Below are positions 45,575-54,446 of a stretch of 64,000 bases of DNA, piece by piece (position 1 is the stretch's first letter; each line of letters begins with the position of its first letter). The translations under genes were made by a program, and so were the position numbers. The notes beneath the pieces were generated by a model. It was not told the origin of the DNA. It saw only the letters and a program-made list of their open reading frames with translations, and did no database searches. The stretch lies in NCBI GenBank assembly GCA_023717525.1, contig JAMQPK010000220.1, positions 8,604-72,603 of the forward strand, given 5' to 3'. This DNA comes from Vicinamibacterales bacterium (GTDB lineage Bacteria > Acidobacteriota > Vicinamibacteria > Vicinamibacterales > JAMQPK01).

Positions 45575-46669
45575 CTATTGAGGTGTGACCGTGATTGCCA
45601 TCCCATCGCGAAGGTTCGAGATCCCTTGAGTGATGATCAACTCTCCGGGCTTCAGTCCTGACACGATCTCGACATGTTCAGTGTCGACCAGTCCGGTCAC
45701 GATTGGCCGCCTCCGCGCAACGTTCCCGGCAGCAATGAATACCGCAGCGCCGTTCTTCTCATCGCGGGTGACGGCGATGGGCGGCACGAGCGGTACATTC
45801 AAGCGCTGCTCCGCGTCGATCTCCACGGCGACCTGAGTACCCGGTGCGAGATCGGTCGGCGACTCGAACCCGAGCACGACGGGAATCATCGTCGCGCCAG
45901 GTTCGGCATCGGGCCGGATCGTCACCCGCAGGAGTTCGGTCGTCCCTCGCCCCTCCGCGACGATGCGAGCCTGCGCGCCGGACGCGAACCGCTTCGCATC
46001 TGCGATCGCGACGTTTGCGGTCACCTGAACCTGCTTCGGATCGAGGATTCGCAGGATGGCGTCGGTTTCGCCCACGCCGACGGTATCGCCAGGATTGTGA
46101 AGACGTCCCGACACGATGCCGTTGAACGGCGAGAGAAGCGTCGTGTTCCGGCCTTGTGCTTCGGTCGTGCTCTGGGCCGCGCGCGCCTGGGCGAGCTCTG
46201 TTTCTGCTTCATTCGCGTCGCGATCGGCGGCTTCGACTTCCATCCTCGACGCGGCGCCTCGCTCCATGAGCCCGTGAAGGCGCTCTTGCACCGTTTTGGT
46301 GTTCTTTGCCCGCAGCTCGGCTGCGTGCACCGTCGCGGCGCCAGCAGACGACTCGGCGCGAAGCGATGGAAATTCGAATCGCACCAGTAACTCGCCGCTC
46401 TTGACTGGATCGCCGACGTTCTTCGTGATTTCGGCAATTCGCGCGATTTGAGGCGCAACGAAGGCGACCTCCGCCCCTGGAAGCGTCGTTACTTGACCGG
46501 TCGCGCTGACGACGCCGCGGATGCTGCCAAGCTGAACGCGCTCGGCAATCACCGGAACGGCGATGTCGGATTCAGGGTCTTCTGTGTTCTGGCGTGTGCA
46601 ACCGGACATCGCCGCGCACACGAGCAGTGCGACAGGCGTCAGCGCGACTGAGCGCGTGATCTCCGGCAT
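45575..46669 (-). CDS. RND efflux periplasmic adaptor (membrane fusion lipoprotein)
   Basis: Lipobox MSGC; GD.VK.GELL, SPFNGIV, GDTV, VTGL....VEIVSGLKPGELIITQG..LRDG. Alternative start 46687. Confidence 0.88.
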   Translation of the reverse strand: MPEITRSVALTPVALLVCAAMSGCTRQNTEDPESDIAVPVIAERVQLGSIRGVVSATGQVTTLPGAEVAFVAPQIARIAEITKNVGDPVKSGELLVRFEFPSLRAESSAGAATVHAAELRAKNTKTVQERLHGLMERGAASRMEVEAADRDANEAETELAQARAAQSTTEAQGRNTTLLSPFNGIVSGRLHNPGDTVGVGETDAILRILDPKQVQVTANVAIADAKRFASGAQARIVAEGRGTTELLRVTIRPDAEPGATMIPVVLGFESPTDLAPGTQVAVEIDAEQRLNVPLVPPIAVTRDEKNGAAVFIAAGNVARRRPIVTGLVDTEHVEIVSGLKPGELIITQGISNLRDGMAITVTPQ

Positions 46670-46696
46670 CGGCGCCCAGAATCGCACGAAACTGGG

Positions 46697-47125
46697 TTAG
46701 CGCGCCAGGTTGGGATGCTGAGTGGCCGCGACTTGCCGCTGGGGTTTGATGAGCTGGTTGAGTTTCGTGAACACGCGTTCATAGCCTTCCTGCTTGTAAA
46801 GGATATGCGCGCGGTTGCGGCTGATGATCTCGAGGTCGCGCTCGGCGAGATTGGCAAGGCCTGTCAGGACAATCACCGTCAGATTCGCGAAACGTTCTTC
46901 AAGGCGCATCAGCTCGAGCACCTCGAGCCCCGATCGATTGTCGTCGAGCGCGATGTCGAGAATCATCGCGTCGAGTCGGCCTTCCGATTCCTTCAGGCGC
47001 TTGAATGCCGTGTCCGGGTCGGAGGCCATTTGCACCTCGAAACCGTACATCGTGAAGAAATCCTCCAGCATGTTACGCACGGTCAGCGCGTCCTCGACGA
47101 TCAGCACCTTCCGCATCGGGGCCAT
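46697..47125 (-). CDS. Single-domain response regulator (CheY-like)
   Basis: KVLIVED, MILDI (phospho-Asp), SGLEVL, VIVLTG, and the conserved K. Confidence 0.85.
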   Translation of the reverse strand: MAPMRKVLIVEDALTVRNMLEDFFTMYGFEVQMASDPDTAFKRLKESEGRLDAMILDIALDDNRSGLEVLELMRLEERFANLTVIVLTGLANLAERDLEIISRNRAHILYKQEGYERVFTKLNQLIKPQRQVAATQHPNLAR

Positions 47126-47230
47126 TGAGCCCGTTTCTACAAGTTGAATGCCAGCTGGATTACTGGTGCTTTCCTGTGCAGCGGTGCGAAAGTGTCCCGG
47201 CGTGGGACACGGCGTTGCCAGTTTTGTCCG

Positions 47231-48589
47231 TCAGCGGAAGTCTCTATAAATGACGTGTCCATCAGGCTGGATGACACCGATCCAGGGCGAGGCGAGGTCG
47301 ATGCGGCCGCCAAGAATTTCGTAAATGAACTGTGGGTTGCTCGTCGGCGGCAGGCTGAACTGAGTTCTGACGGCTCGCATGGGCCGCGCTTGCCGCACAA
47401 GCTCGCGCGATCCATCGACGAGCGCCCCGTACTCCGGCATGCGGACCAGCGTGCCCGCAAAACGCGTTCGCGCCGGGACGATCGCAACGGCTCCGGCCAG
47501 GAGCGCAATGCCGGCCGCCCGGGCAACCGCAGGTGGCCGCAACGCCGTCGCACTGAGAGTCAGAGTGAGAACCACAGCGGGCATCAACGAAAGGTAGTAA
47601 TAGCGATCGAGAAAGTCGCCCACGTAAAACGCGTATCCAATGACCGCCGCGATCTGCGGCAGCAGCGTCACCGATAGCAGCGGCAGGTCGTGCCGAAACC
47701 TGCTCGCCACGATGGCTGCGCTCAACACTATCAGCCAGACGGACCACGGTGCCCGCCACGGAGAAACAAGGATGAAGGTGAACGCCTCCTTGTAGCCTGC
47801 CACGCTGTTGGCCAACTGCAGCGGCTGACGGCCAGAGACGATCTCTCCGATGCTGTCGGCGACTTCAGACATGCCGCTGTCGGCGAATCGCGTCGATACC
47901 TGATGGACGGCGTGGGGAATCTGGAGGAGCGAGACGACGACCGCGATGATGGCGGCGTTGAGTCGAAGCGTCGCCCAATCGCGTCTGCTGAACGGGCCGG
48001 CGAGGAGAGCAGCAAAGACACCGATCGCCACGAACACTGCGCCTGTGTATGCCTGAACTGCGCACCAGACGATGGCCGTCGTCAACGCGATTCGCGATGG
48101 CGATCGTTCCGGCCACTTCAATATGACTAGAGCTGTCGCGATTTTTGCCAACGCAGAACCCACCATGGGGTTCCACACGAGCGCCGACAGGCTCAGGTCC
48201 AGGGACGCGGTCGCAAGCAGGACGATCGTCGCCAGTCCGAGCCAGATCGACCTGGTTCGCTGCCAGACGGCGGCAAGCAGGATCGTGTCGGCCATCGACT
48301 GCAGAATCGCCTGACCGATGCCGCCCGCGTGCGGCAGATTCTGGAACCAGGGCCCGACGGTCACGCGAATCAACCAGAGAATCCAGTAGAACGCGGGGCC
48401 GATGGTGTAGCCGCCGACGTGCGTCGGTGGGCCGACCAATGGGAGTTCGCTGAAGGGGCCAAGCGCGATTCCCCAGTCGCGAATCTGATCTTCCAGCAAC
48501 CAGAAGTGGCTGCCGATGTCCCAGACGCGGATCGTCAGCGTGAGCGCAAATGTGAGGGCGAGCGTTGCTGCGGGCTTGAAGGCGAAGAT
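47231..48589 (-). CDS. ArnT/PMT-like GT-C membrane glycosyltransferase; start codon apparently non-canonical
   Basis: DQIRD..., LPLVGPP, GPAFYW, WNP, YYYLSLMP motifs. The frame stays open 30 codons above TTG 48499 and encodes TM1 (IFAFKPAATLALTFALTLTIRVW), but contains no ATG/GTG/TTG. Confidence 0.7.
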   Translation of the reverse strand: MFAFKPAATLALTFALTLTIRVWDIGSHFWLLEDQIRDWGIALGPFSELPLVGPPTHVGGYTIGPAFYWILWLIRVTVGPWFQNLPHAGGIGQAILQSMADTILLAAVWQRTRSIWLGLATIVLLATASLDLSLSALVWNPMVGSALAKIATALVILKWPERSPSRIALTTAIVWCAVQAYTGAVFVAIGVFAALLAGPFSRRDWATLRLNAAIIAVVVSLLQIPHAVHQVSTRFADSGMSEVADSIGEIVSGRQPLQLANSVAGYKEAFTFILVSPWRAPWSVWLIVLSAAIVASRFRHDLPLLSVTLLPQIAAVIGYAFYVGDFLDRYYYLSLMPAVVLTLTLSATALRPPAVARAAGIALLAGAVAIVPARTRFAGTLVRMPEYGALVDGSRELVRQARPMRAVRTQFSLPPTSNPQFIYEILGGRIDLASPWIGVIQPDGHVIYRDFR

Positions 48590-48594
48590 TCGCG

Positions 48595-48610
48595 ATTATA
48601 GCGTTAGAAT
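48595..48610. promoter_or_regulatory. Back-to-back divergent sigma-70 -10 elements
   Basis: TATAAT on the minus strand (48600-48595) and TAGAAT on the plus strand (48605-48610), in the ~40 bp spacer between divergent genes. Confidence 0.55.
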
Positions 48611-48628
48611 CGTGGCCAGGAGTCGCCG

Positions 48629-49093
48629 ATGCCGGTTACAAACGCAGTGCTGGGACCGAACGTCAAGATCGCTCTACCCGAGCTCGTCAATATTTACGGT
48701 TGCACCATAGGCAGCGACACGAAAATAGGGCCGTTCGTCGAAATCCAGAAGAACGCGTTCATTGGAGCGCGCTGCAAAATTTCGTCGCACTCCTTTATCT
48801 GCGAGGGCGTGACGATCGAGGACGAAGTGTTTGTCGGCCACGGCGTCATGTTCATCAACGATCGCAAGCCGCGGGCCACAGCCGACGGAGCGTTGCAGCA
48901 GGAAAGCGACTGGACGGTGATTCCCACGCGAGTAGGCTTTGGCGCCTCGCTCGGGACCGGTTCGGTCATCATGTGCGGCGTGACGATTGGGGCTCGCGCG
49001 ATCATCGGGGCCGGCGCCGTGGTCACCCGCGATGTGAAGGAAGATGCCATGGTCGCCGGAGTGCCCGCGCGCGCGTTGATCGCGCGAGAGTAG
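48629..49093 (+). CDS. Hexapeptide-repeat N-acetyltransferase (WbpD/FdtC-like)
   Basis: AGGAG RBS; IGPFVEIQK, FICEGVTIEDEVFVGHGVMFIND, IGAGAVVTRDV, VAGVPAR. Confidence 0.9.
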   Translation: MPVTNAVLGPNVKIALPELVNIYGCTIGSDTKIGPFVEIQKNAFIGARCKISSHSFICEGVTIEDEVFVGHGVMFINDRKPRATADGALQQESDWTVIPTRVGFGASLGTGSVIMCGVTIGARAIIGAGAVVTRDVKEDAMVAGVPARALIARE

Positions 49094-49099
49094 CAGGGC

Positions 49100-50110
49100 C
49101 TAGGAGCCGCGGAGTCCGAAGTCGAATTTCTTCTCGCTCCGCTTCTGCCGAATCCAATTCTTTTCCATAGCCTGCCAGAGGACATTCGCCGGCGTGATTC
49201 GGCCGTTCTGCACCGCGGCGCGCTTGCGAAGAACCGACGGCGTCCCCTTCAGCGCAGCCCATTTTCCCTTCAGATAGGGGCCGAGCAGGCCCACAGAGGC
49301 GTACTTCAGCAGTGCCGCCGCGTCATACGCCATGTGGCTTGGAAAGGACCTCAGCAAGAGGCTTGAAGGCGTGTTCTTCAAGTACGTCCATTCGAGATTC
49401 CGCTGTCCGTAAAACACGGCCGTCGCGCTGGTCTTTCTAAGCGTACCGCTACCCGCGTGGTGAACGATCGCGTTCGCCACATACACGCATCGGTGACCAC
49501 GCAGCCTGGCGCGATATGAGAGATCGACGTCTTCATAGACCATGAAGAAGTCCTCGTCGAATCCGTCGAGGCCGGCGAAGACGTCCCGCCGAATCATGCA
49601 GGCCGCTCCGCAGGCACCAAAGACGTCACCCGACGCGTCACCGAGCGAAAACCCTGCTCCGTGGAATCGTTTGAAGGCTCCTCCCGCACGCAGGTATCCA
49701 TCGCCCGCGCTGTCGATGATCGAAGGATCGTGCAGATAGACGATCCTGGATGTTGTCAGCGCTACGCCAGAATCCTCGAGAAGCGGCTTCTTCAAGGCGT
49801 CCAACCAGCCCGGCTGCGGCACGGTGTCGTTGTTGAGGAACGCCAGGCAGCGACCCCTTGCGATCCGGGCACCCGCGTTGTTGCCAGCAGCGAATCCGAG
49901 GTTGCTGTCGAGAGACAACACGTGGACGCCGGGAAATCGTTCGCGGACCAGGTCGAGCGAACCGTCCGTAGAGGCGTTGTCGACGAGGATTAGTTCTCCA
50001 TGAGCGCCAAGCTGGCTTTGTGTCGCCGCGAGGCAAGGCTCGAGCCACTGACGGCCGTTGAAGTTGAGGACGATCACCGAAACGTCGACGGTGCTCGAGT
50101 GGGAACTCAT
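49100..50110 (-). CDS. GT2 glycosyltransferase (WbbL/rhamnosyltransferase-like)
   Basis: VIVLNFNG, VDNASTDGS, NLGFAAGNN, FLNNDT, GFDEDFFMVYEDVDLSYR. Confidence 0.9.
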   Translation of the reverse strand: MSSHSSTVDVSVIVLNFNGRQWLEPCLAATQSQLGAHGELILVDNASTDGSLDLVRERFPGVHVLSLDSNLGFAAGNNAGARIARGRCLAFLNNDTVPQPGWLDALKKPLLEDSGVALTTSRIVYLHDPSIIDSAGDGYLRAGGAFKRFHGAGFSLGDASGDVFGACGAACMIRRDVFAGLDGFDEDFFMVYEDVDLSYRARLRGHRCVYVANAIVHHAGSGTLRKTSATAVFYGQRNLEWTYLKNTPSSLLLRSFPSHMAYDAAALLKYASVGLLGPYLKGKWAALKGTPSVLRKRAAVQNGRITPANVLWQAMEKNWIRQKRSEKKFDFGLRGS

Positions 50111-51198
50111 CGACTCGCTATCGCCCGGTACGCATCAAGGGTCAGGGCCGCGGTTCTGTCCCACGTGTAGTCCATCGCTCTGCGCCGGCCTGCCTCGCGC
50201 AGCCGGTTCGCGAGATCCGCATCTTCGATCAGCCGTACGATACCAGCAGCCATCTCCATTTCGTCGTCTGGGCTCACGAGGATACCCGCATCGCCCACGA
50301 CTTCGGGAATGGCGCTCGCTCGTGCGGCGAGCACCGGAGCGCCACACGCCATTGCCTCGAGCAGGGGTAGTCCGAAACCTTCATATCGCGATGGATACGC
50401 GAACACGGCGGCGCTGCAATACAGATCCGCAAGAGTACGATCGTCGGTCGCATCTGCGAAGTGAACCTGAACATTCGCGCCGCGTGCCTCCTCCTCGAGT
50501 TTTGCGCGTTCGCCTCGGTCTACCCCTGCCAGAACCAGCATGGGGCCGACGCGACTCGGCGATAGCGCCGGAAGCCGGCCCAGGGCACGTACCAGCATCA
50601 GGAGATTTCGACGCGGGTGAAGGTCGCCGACGTGAAGCACATACGGAGCCGTTATCCCCGGAGGGAGTTGACGCGGTGTTGCCCCTGCGAACGGCGTTCC
50701 CACGCCGAGGGGAACAACTCTAATTCGCTGCGCGTCAACGCCGTAGGCGGCCGAGATCTCGCTTCGAGAGAACTCGGAGTCCGTGATGATGAGGTCTGCC
50801 GCATGAGCGCTCCGGCGATAGAACCAGCGCCGCAGCGGGTCGCGGCGGTACGGGTACCACTCTGGATGGCGCTCGTAACTGACGTCATGAATGGTCAGGA
50901 CAAGAGGATGCACGCCGCGAAGCGGGGCAGTGTAGGCAGGCGAGTGGAACACGTCGAGCCGTTCGCGTCGAACCGCGCGCGGGAGATCCACGAGGCACCA
51001 GCCGAGATTCGTTGGTGCGATCTGTCTGACGGGTCGACGTTCGGCGGCGGACGGCAGGGCTGCGGCTTCCGGCGAGCCGAAGACCACAAGCTCGTTACTC
51101 GGACGTACGCGGGCGAGGGCGTTCAGCAGCTCGGAGGCATATCGTCGCACTCCGCCCGCTGGAGATCCCAAGCTTCGCCCATCGAATCCGATTCGCAT
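50107..51198 (-). CDS. GT4 glycosyltransferase (mannosyltransferase-like)
   Basis: MRIGFD, GVRRY, TIHD, PRRN, YPSRYEGFGLPLLEAMACG. Confidence 0.9.
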   Translation of the reverse strand: MRIGFDGRSLGSPAGGVRRYASELLNALARVRPSNELVVFGSPEAAALPSAAERRPVRQIAPTNLGWCLVDLPRAVRRERLDVFHSPAYTAPLRGVHPLVLTIHDVSYERHPEWYPYRRDPLRRWFYRRSAHAADLIITDSEFSRSEISAAYGVDAQRIRVVPLGVGTPFAGATPRQLPPGITAPYVLHVGDLHPRRNLLMLVRALGRLPALSPSRVGPMLVLAGVDRGERAKLEEEARGANVQVHFADATDDRTLADLYCSAAVFAYPSRYEGFGLPLLEAMACGAPVLAARASAIPEVVGDAGILVSPDDEMEMAAGIVRLIEDADLANRLREAGRRRAMDYTWDRTAALTLDAYRAIASR

Positions 51199-51229
51199 CG
51201 CGCAGAACGCAGGGACATTCTACGGCCTG

Positions 51230-53086
51230 CTAGTGCACTATCCGAACATTCGGCGGCGCGATTGGCGGTTGCTGACCTATGAGGACCGGCCAACGGGCAT
51301 ACGTGCCGTTGCCGTTTTGACCGTCGGTGATCACTGCGTAGATGTAGTACTCGCCGAGAGGCACGACCGGAATGTTGTTCCAGACAAACGAGCCTGCCGA
51401 TGTGGGGGCGCTCCCAATCGGGGTTGTTCCGCTTGTCGGATTGCGATCGGTGTCGTAGTACAGATTGACCGTTCCGTTGCTTTCGCTCGCGGTCCACTGG
51501 AACGTGTACGTACCGCCGGAGTTGAGCCGCTCGAGGGCGGCAAGCTTGATGCGCTTCAGGAAGAAGGTGACTGCGCCGCTGTACTCGTGCGGGTCGAACC
51601 GGAATCGGTCGATGCCGCCCATGCCGCCCGGCACCCAGCCAAGCTGAGACGGCGAGCTCGCTTCGATTGGGAGAACGGCACGGTCAGACATGTCCAGGCT
51701 GACCTTGTCCAGAACGCTCACGCCGAGGCGCGAATTGAAAATGATGTCGTCCGTCACCGTATAGTTGATGCCGCCAGCTGCCCGCCACGCGATTCGTGCG
51801 ATGGAGCCGTTGTTGACGTTGCGCGCCGCATTGGGGATGCCGAACTCGACGGTCAGAATGCGATAGCGGAGCGGATCGATGCGCGTGGCGTCGCCGCGCG
51901 ATGAAAGGGGTTGAAGGATCGGATCCCCTACGAGCCCGGGCTGAGCAGGGGCGCTGATGGCAGAGAAAACAGACACGCTTCCCAGCGACGTACCGGCCGG
52001 CGTTTCGGCAACAATCGGTGTAATCGAGGGCGGTGCGCAAGAAGGCGGCAGGCAGAGTCCAAAATAATCATCGACATCCGAGAGCGCATTCATATCCCAC
52101 GCGTTACCAAGTTGCGCTGTCGCGAAGTCGTCGGCGCTTCCTTCGTCTGAAGGCAACGTGAAGGACATCGTAGGAGTGGCGTTGACCAGGTAGGCAGTCC
52201 CCGGCCTGGTAAACGCACCGGACGTGCCGGCCGCCCGCGCGAGTACTTGGTAGCTGCCGGGCGCCAGGGCCCCAGCGTAGAAGTTGTACCCGGCGCCGGA
52301 ACCACTAACTAGGCATCCGGCCGAGTTGCCGTTAGCCGCGGAAGAAATGTTCTTCGCAAGGACTGTTTCGTTTCCGTTGGTGGTCGTGTCGGTGTCGAGG
52401 TAGAGATCGATGGCGCCGGAGAAACCGGTCCAGGTCGCCTTCCGGCAGAGGTTAGTGTCGATGTTGACCAGTCGAATCCAGTCGATCTGAATATTGAGTG
52501 TCGTGTTGTATGACGGATGAAATCGTAACGAGCGAATCAGGCCTCCCCACGAAATCGGGCCAGTCTGTTTTCCGAGCGCCTGGAGGTCGACAAGATAGGT
52601 TCGCCATCCAGCGGTCAGGTTGATGATGTTGCTGCTGCTATCGGTGAGGTCCCAGAGATTGTCGCGATTCCAGGTCAATACGCTCTGCGAAGGGCCGCTC
52701 ATATTCACGCGAATCGCAAGGAACCTGTAGAAGTCCGCGTCGATGGGATAGTTGGCGCCGGTCTTTCCCAGCCGCGCGGCGTAGGGGTTCCCAGTCTCGA
52801 GCAGAAAGACGTTCGGGCTGACAGCCGTCGTTGCCGAGAAGATGCCGCTCGCGAACGAGACGTTGCTCAGTTCCGGTAAGGGGTTATCTGAGCCGTTCAG
52901 GAACCAGCCGAAATCCGTACGCTCGTTCATGTCCCAGGGGTCCTGGAACGTTCGAGCGGCGAAGTCCTCTGCCGACGCAACGCTGGCGGATCCGCCGAGG
53001 GTTACGGTCTGTGCGAGCAGATCGACGGAAGTACACAGAAATGCGCACACAAAGAGCGCCGGGGCCGCCAGGGAGTACTTCTTCAT
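51230..53086 (-). CDS. Secreted beta-rich protein built from two ~300-aa homologous halves (CBM-like + Ig-like modules)
   Basis: GAGGA RBS and signal peptide. Paired motifs SAEDFAARTFQDPWDMN / SADDFATAQLGNAWDMN, PIDADFYRFL / RIDPLRYRIL, LRFHP / FRFDP, IDLYLDTD / VNLYYDTD. Confidence 0.75.
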   Translation of the reverse strand: MKKYSLAAPALFVCAFLCTSVDLLAQTVTLGGSASVASAEDFAARTFQDPWDMNERTDFGWFLNGSDNPLPELSNVSFASGIFSATTAVSPNVFLLETGNPYAARLGKTGANYPIDADFYRFLAIRVNMSGPSQSVLTWNRDNLWDLTDSSSNIINLTAGWRTYLVDLQALGKQTGPISWGGLIRSLRFHPSYNTTLNIQIDWIRLVNIDTNLCRKATWTGFSGAIDLYLDTDTTTNGNETVLAKNISSAANGNSAGCLVSGSGAGYNFYAGALAPGSYQVLARAAGTSGAFTRPGTAYLVNATPTMSFTLPSDEGSADDFATAQLGNAWDMNALSDVDDYFGLCLPPSCAPPSITPIVAETPAGTSLGSVSVFSAISAPAQPGLVGDPILQPLSSRGDATRIDPLRYRILTVEFGIPNAARNVNNGSIARIAWRAAGGINYTVTDDIIFNSRLGVSVLDKVSLDMSDRAVLPIEASSPSQLGWVPGGMGGIDRFRFDPHEYSGAVTFFLKRIKLAALERLNSGGTYTFQWTASESNGTVNLYYDTDRNPTSGTTPIGSAPTSAGSFVWNNIPVVPLGEYYIYAVITDGQNGNGTYARWPVLIGQQPPIAPPNVRIVH

Positions 53087-53183
53087 GAGTCCTCTATCCT
53101 GGTGTATGCAGGGTTCGATCCAAGCTGTGCCCACCGACATGGACAGGAGTTCTGCGCTGCTGTAGCCTGAAGCACGCGTTGTA

Positions 53184-54446
53184 ATGCGGTACACGTTGAT
53201 TACATTTCTTGCCTGTCCAGCGTGCTCTGGGCAGCTGGCGACGATTGTCGTCACGGAGCGGCAGGCAGCCATACCGGTCCGTCACAGGCTCCTGCCGAAT
53301 GTGGTTGCTCCGGAGGGCGCCGTCGTCGCTCCGCTGAACCCCGCTTCCGCGAGGACGCCTCTCGGTGCCGTTCTGTCTCGACACGCCGCGAATCCCGCAC
53401 CACCCGAGCGAGACTACGCGGTCGAGGTCGAGACAGGAATCCTGGCGTGCGTCTCGTGCGGGCGTTGGTTTCCCATTCGCGGTTTTCTACCGGAGCTGTT
53501 GCCCGACCATCTCCGCGATCGCGACGACGATCGGCGATTCTTCGACGAATGCGCGCGTCAGCTTCCCACGGAGCTCGTCGAGGCGCTTAGAGCGGCCGCC
53601 CCCAGTGCCGGGTCGACGGAACTCGATCGAGGCGAGGGCTACAAGCGCGCGGAGATCACGATTCGCAGCAAAGTAGACAATCCCTACTTTTTTTCGCCCG
53701 GCTATTCTTCTCCTTTCAACCCGCACGCGACTGAGCACACGCTCTACCTCATCAAGCTATTCGGCGCGGCGGTCCCGTTGTTGGAACTCAAAGTCGGCGA
53801 TGTGTTGCTCGATAGCGGCTGCGGGTACTCCTGGACGACGGAATGGCTGTACAGGGCCGGCGTAGAGACAGTCGGTGTCGACATCTGCCGGACTTACCTC
53901 GAAATCGGGATCGAGCGCATGGGCGCCAACCGGCCGCATCTCGTGGTGGCCGACGTCGAGAACCTGCCGATTCGCGCCGCATCGATGGATGCCGTCCTGG
54001 CGTTCGAAAGCGCGCATCACATTCCCGATCGCAAGAAAGCCATGGCAGGATTCGGCCGTGTCCTCAAGCCGGCGGGCCGCATGGTCCTGGCCGAACCTGG
54101 AGCGACGCACGAACACGCGCAGGTCTCGGTGGATGTGATGAGCAAGTACGGGATCCTCGAGAAGGGCATGGAGCTCGAAGACGTGCGGGACTATGTCGCT
54201 GGCACCGAGATGGGAAAGCCGGAGCAGATATTTCTGCTGCGCGCGTCGGACCGCGAGATTGGGCGGACGATCGATCACGCATTCGTTCACACGCATTCCG
54301 CGGTCGAGGGTAACTTGTTTCGCATTTCCAAGACCGAAAGCCTGCTCGAGACCGTCAGCGCCGCCTGGCGCGAACCTCGCCGCGTCGTGTGGCCGAAGTT
54401 GAAGCGCTACGCCAAGACGGCGCTCGTCAGACTCGGTTTGGAATGA
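53184..54446 (+). CDS. Trm112-like zinc-ribbon domain fused to a class I methyltransferase
   Basis: LACPACSG.L ... GILACVSCGRWFPIRGFLPELLP; LDSGCGYSW, VADVENLP, HHIPD, RVLKPAG. Confidence 0.82.
   Translation: MRYTLITFLACPACSGQLATIVVTERQAAIPVRHRLLPNVVAPEGAVVAPLNPASARTPLGAVLSRHAANPAPPERDYAVEVETGILACVSCGRWFPIRGFLPELLPDHLRDRDDDRRFFDECARQLPTELVEALRAAAPSAGSTELDRGEGYKRAEITIRSKVDNPYFFSPGYSSPFNPHATEHTLYLIKLFGAAVPLLELKVGDVLLDSGCGYSWTTEWLYRAGVETVGVDICRTYLEIGIERMGANRPHLVVADVENLPIRAASMDAVLAFESAHHIPDRKKAMAGFGRVLKPAGRMVLAEPGATHEHAQVSVDVMSKYGILEKGMELEDVRDYVAGTEMGKPEQIFLLRASDREIGRTIDHAFVHTHSAVEGNLFRISKTESLLETVSAAWREPRRVVWPKLKRYAKTALVRLGLE

Noticed and set aside
49094-49125. Weak 7-nt periodicity (CGGAGTC CGAAGTC) at a convergent gene junction
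   Set aside because: Only about two similar units, mostly inside a CDS; compatible with chance.
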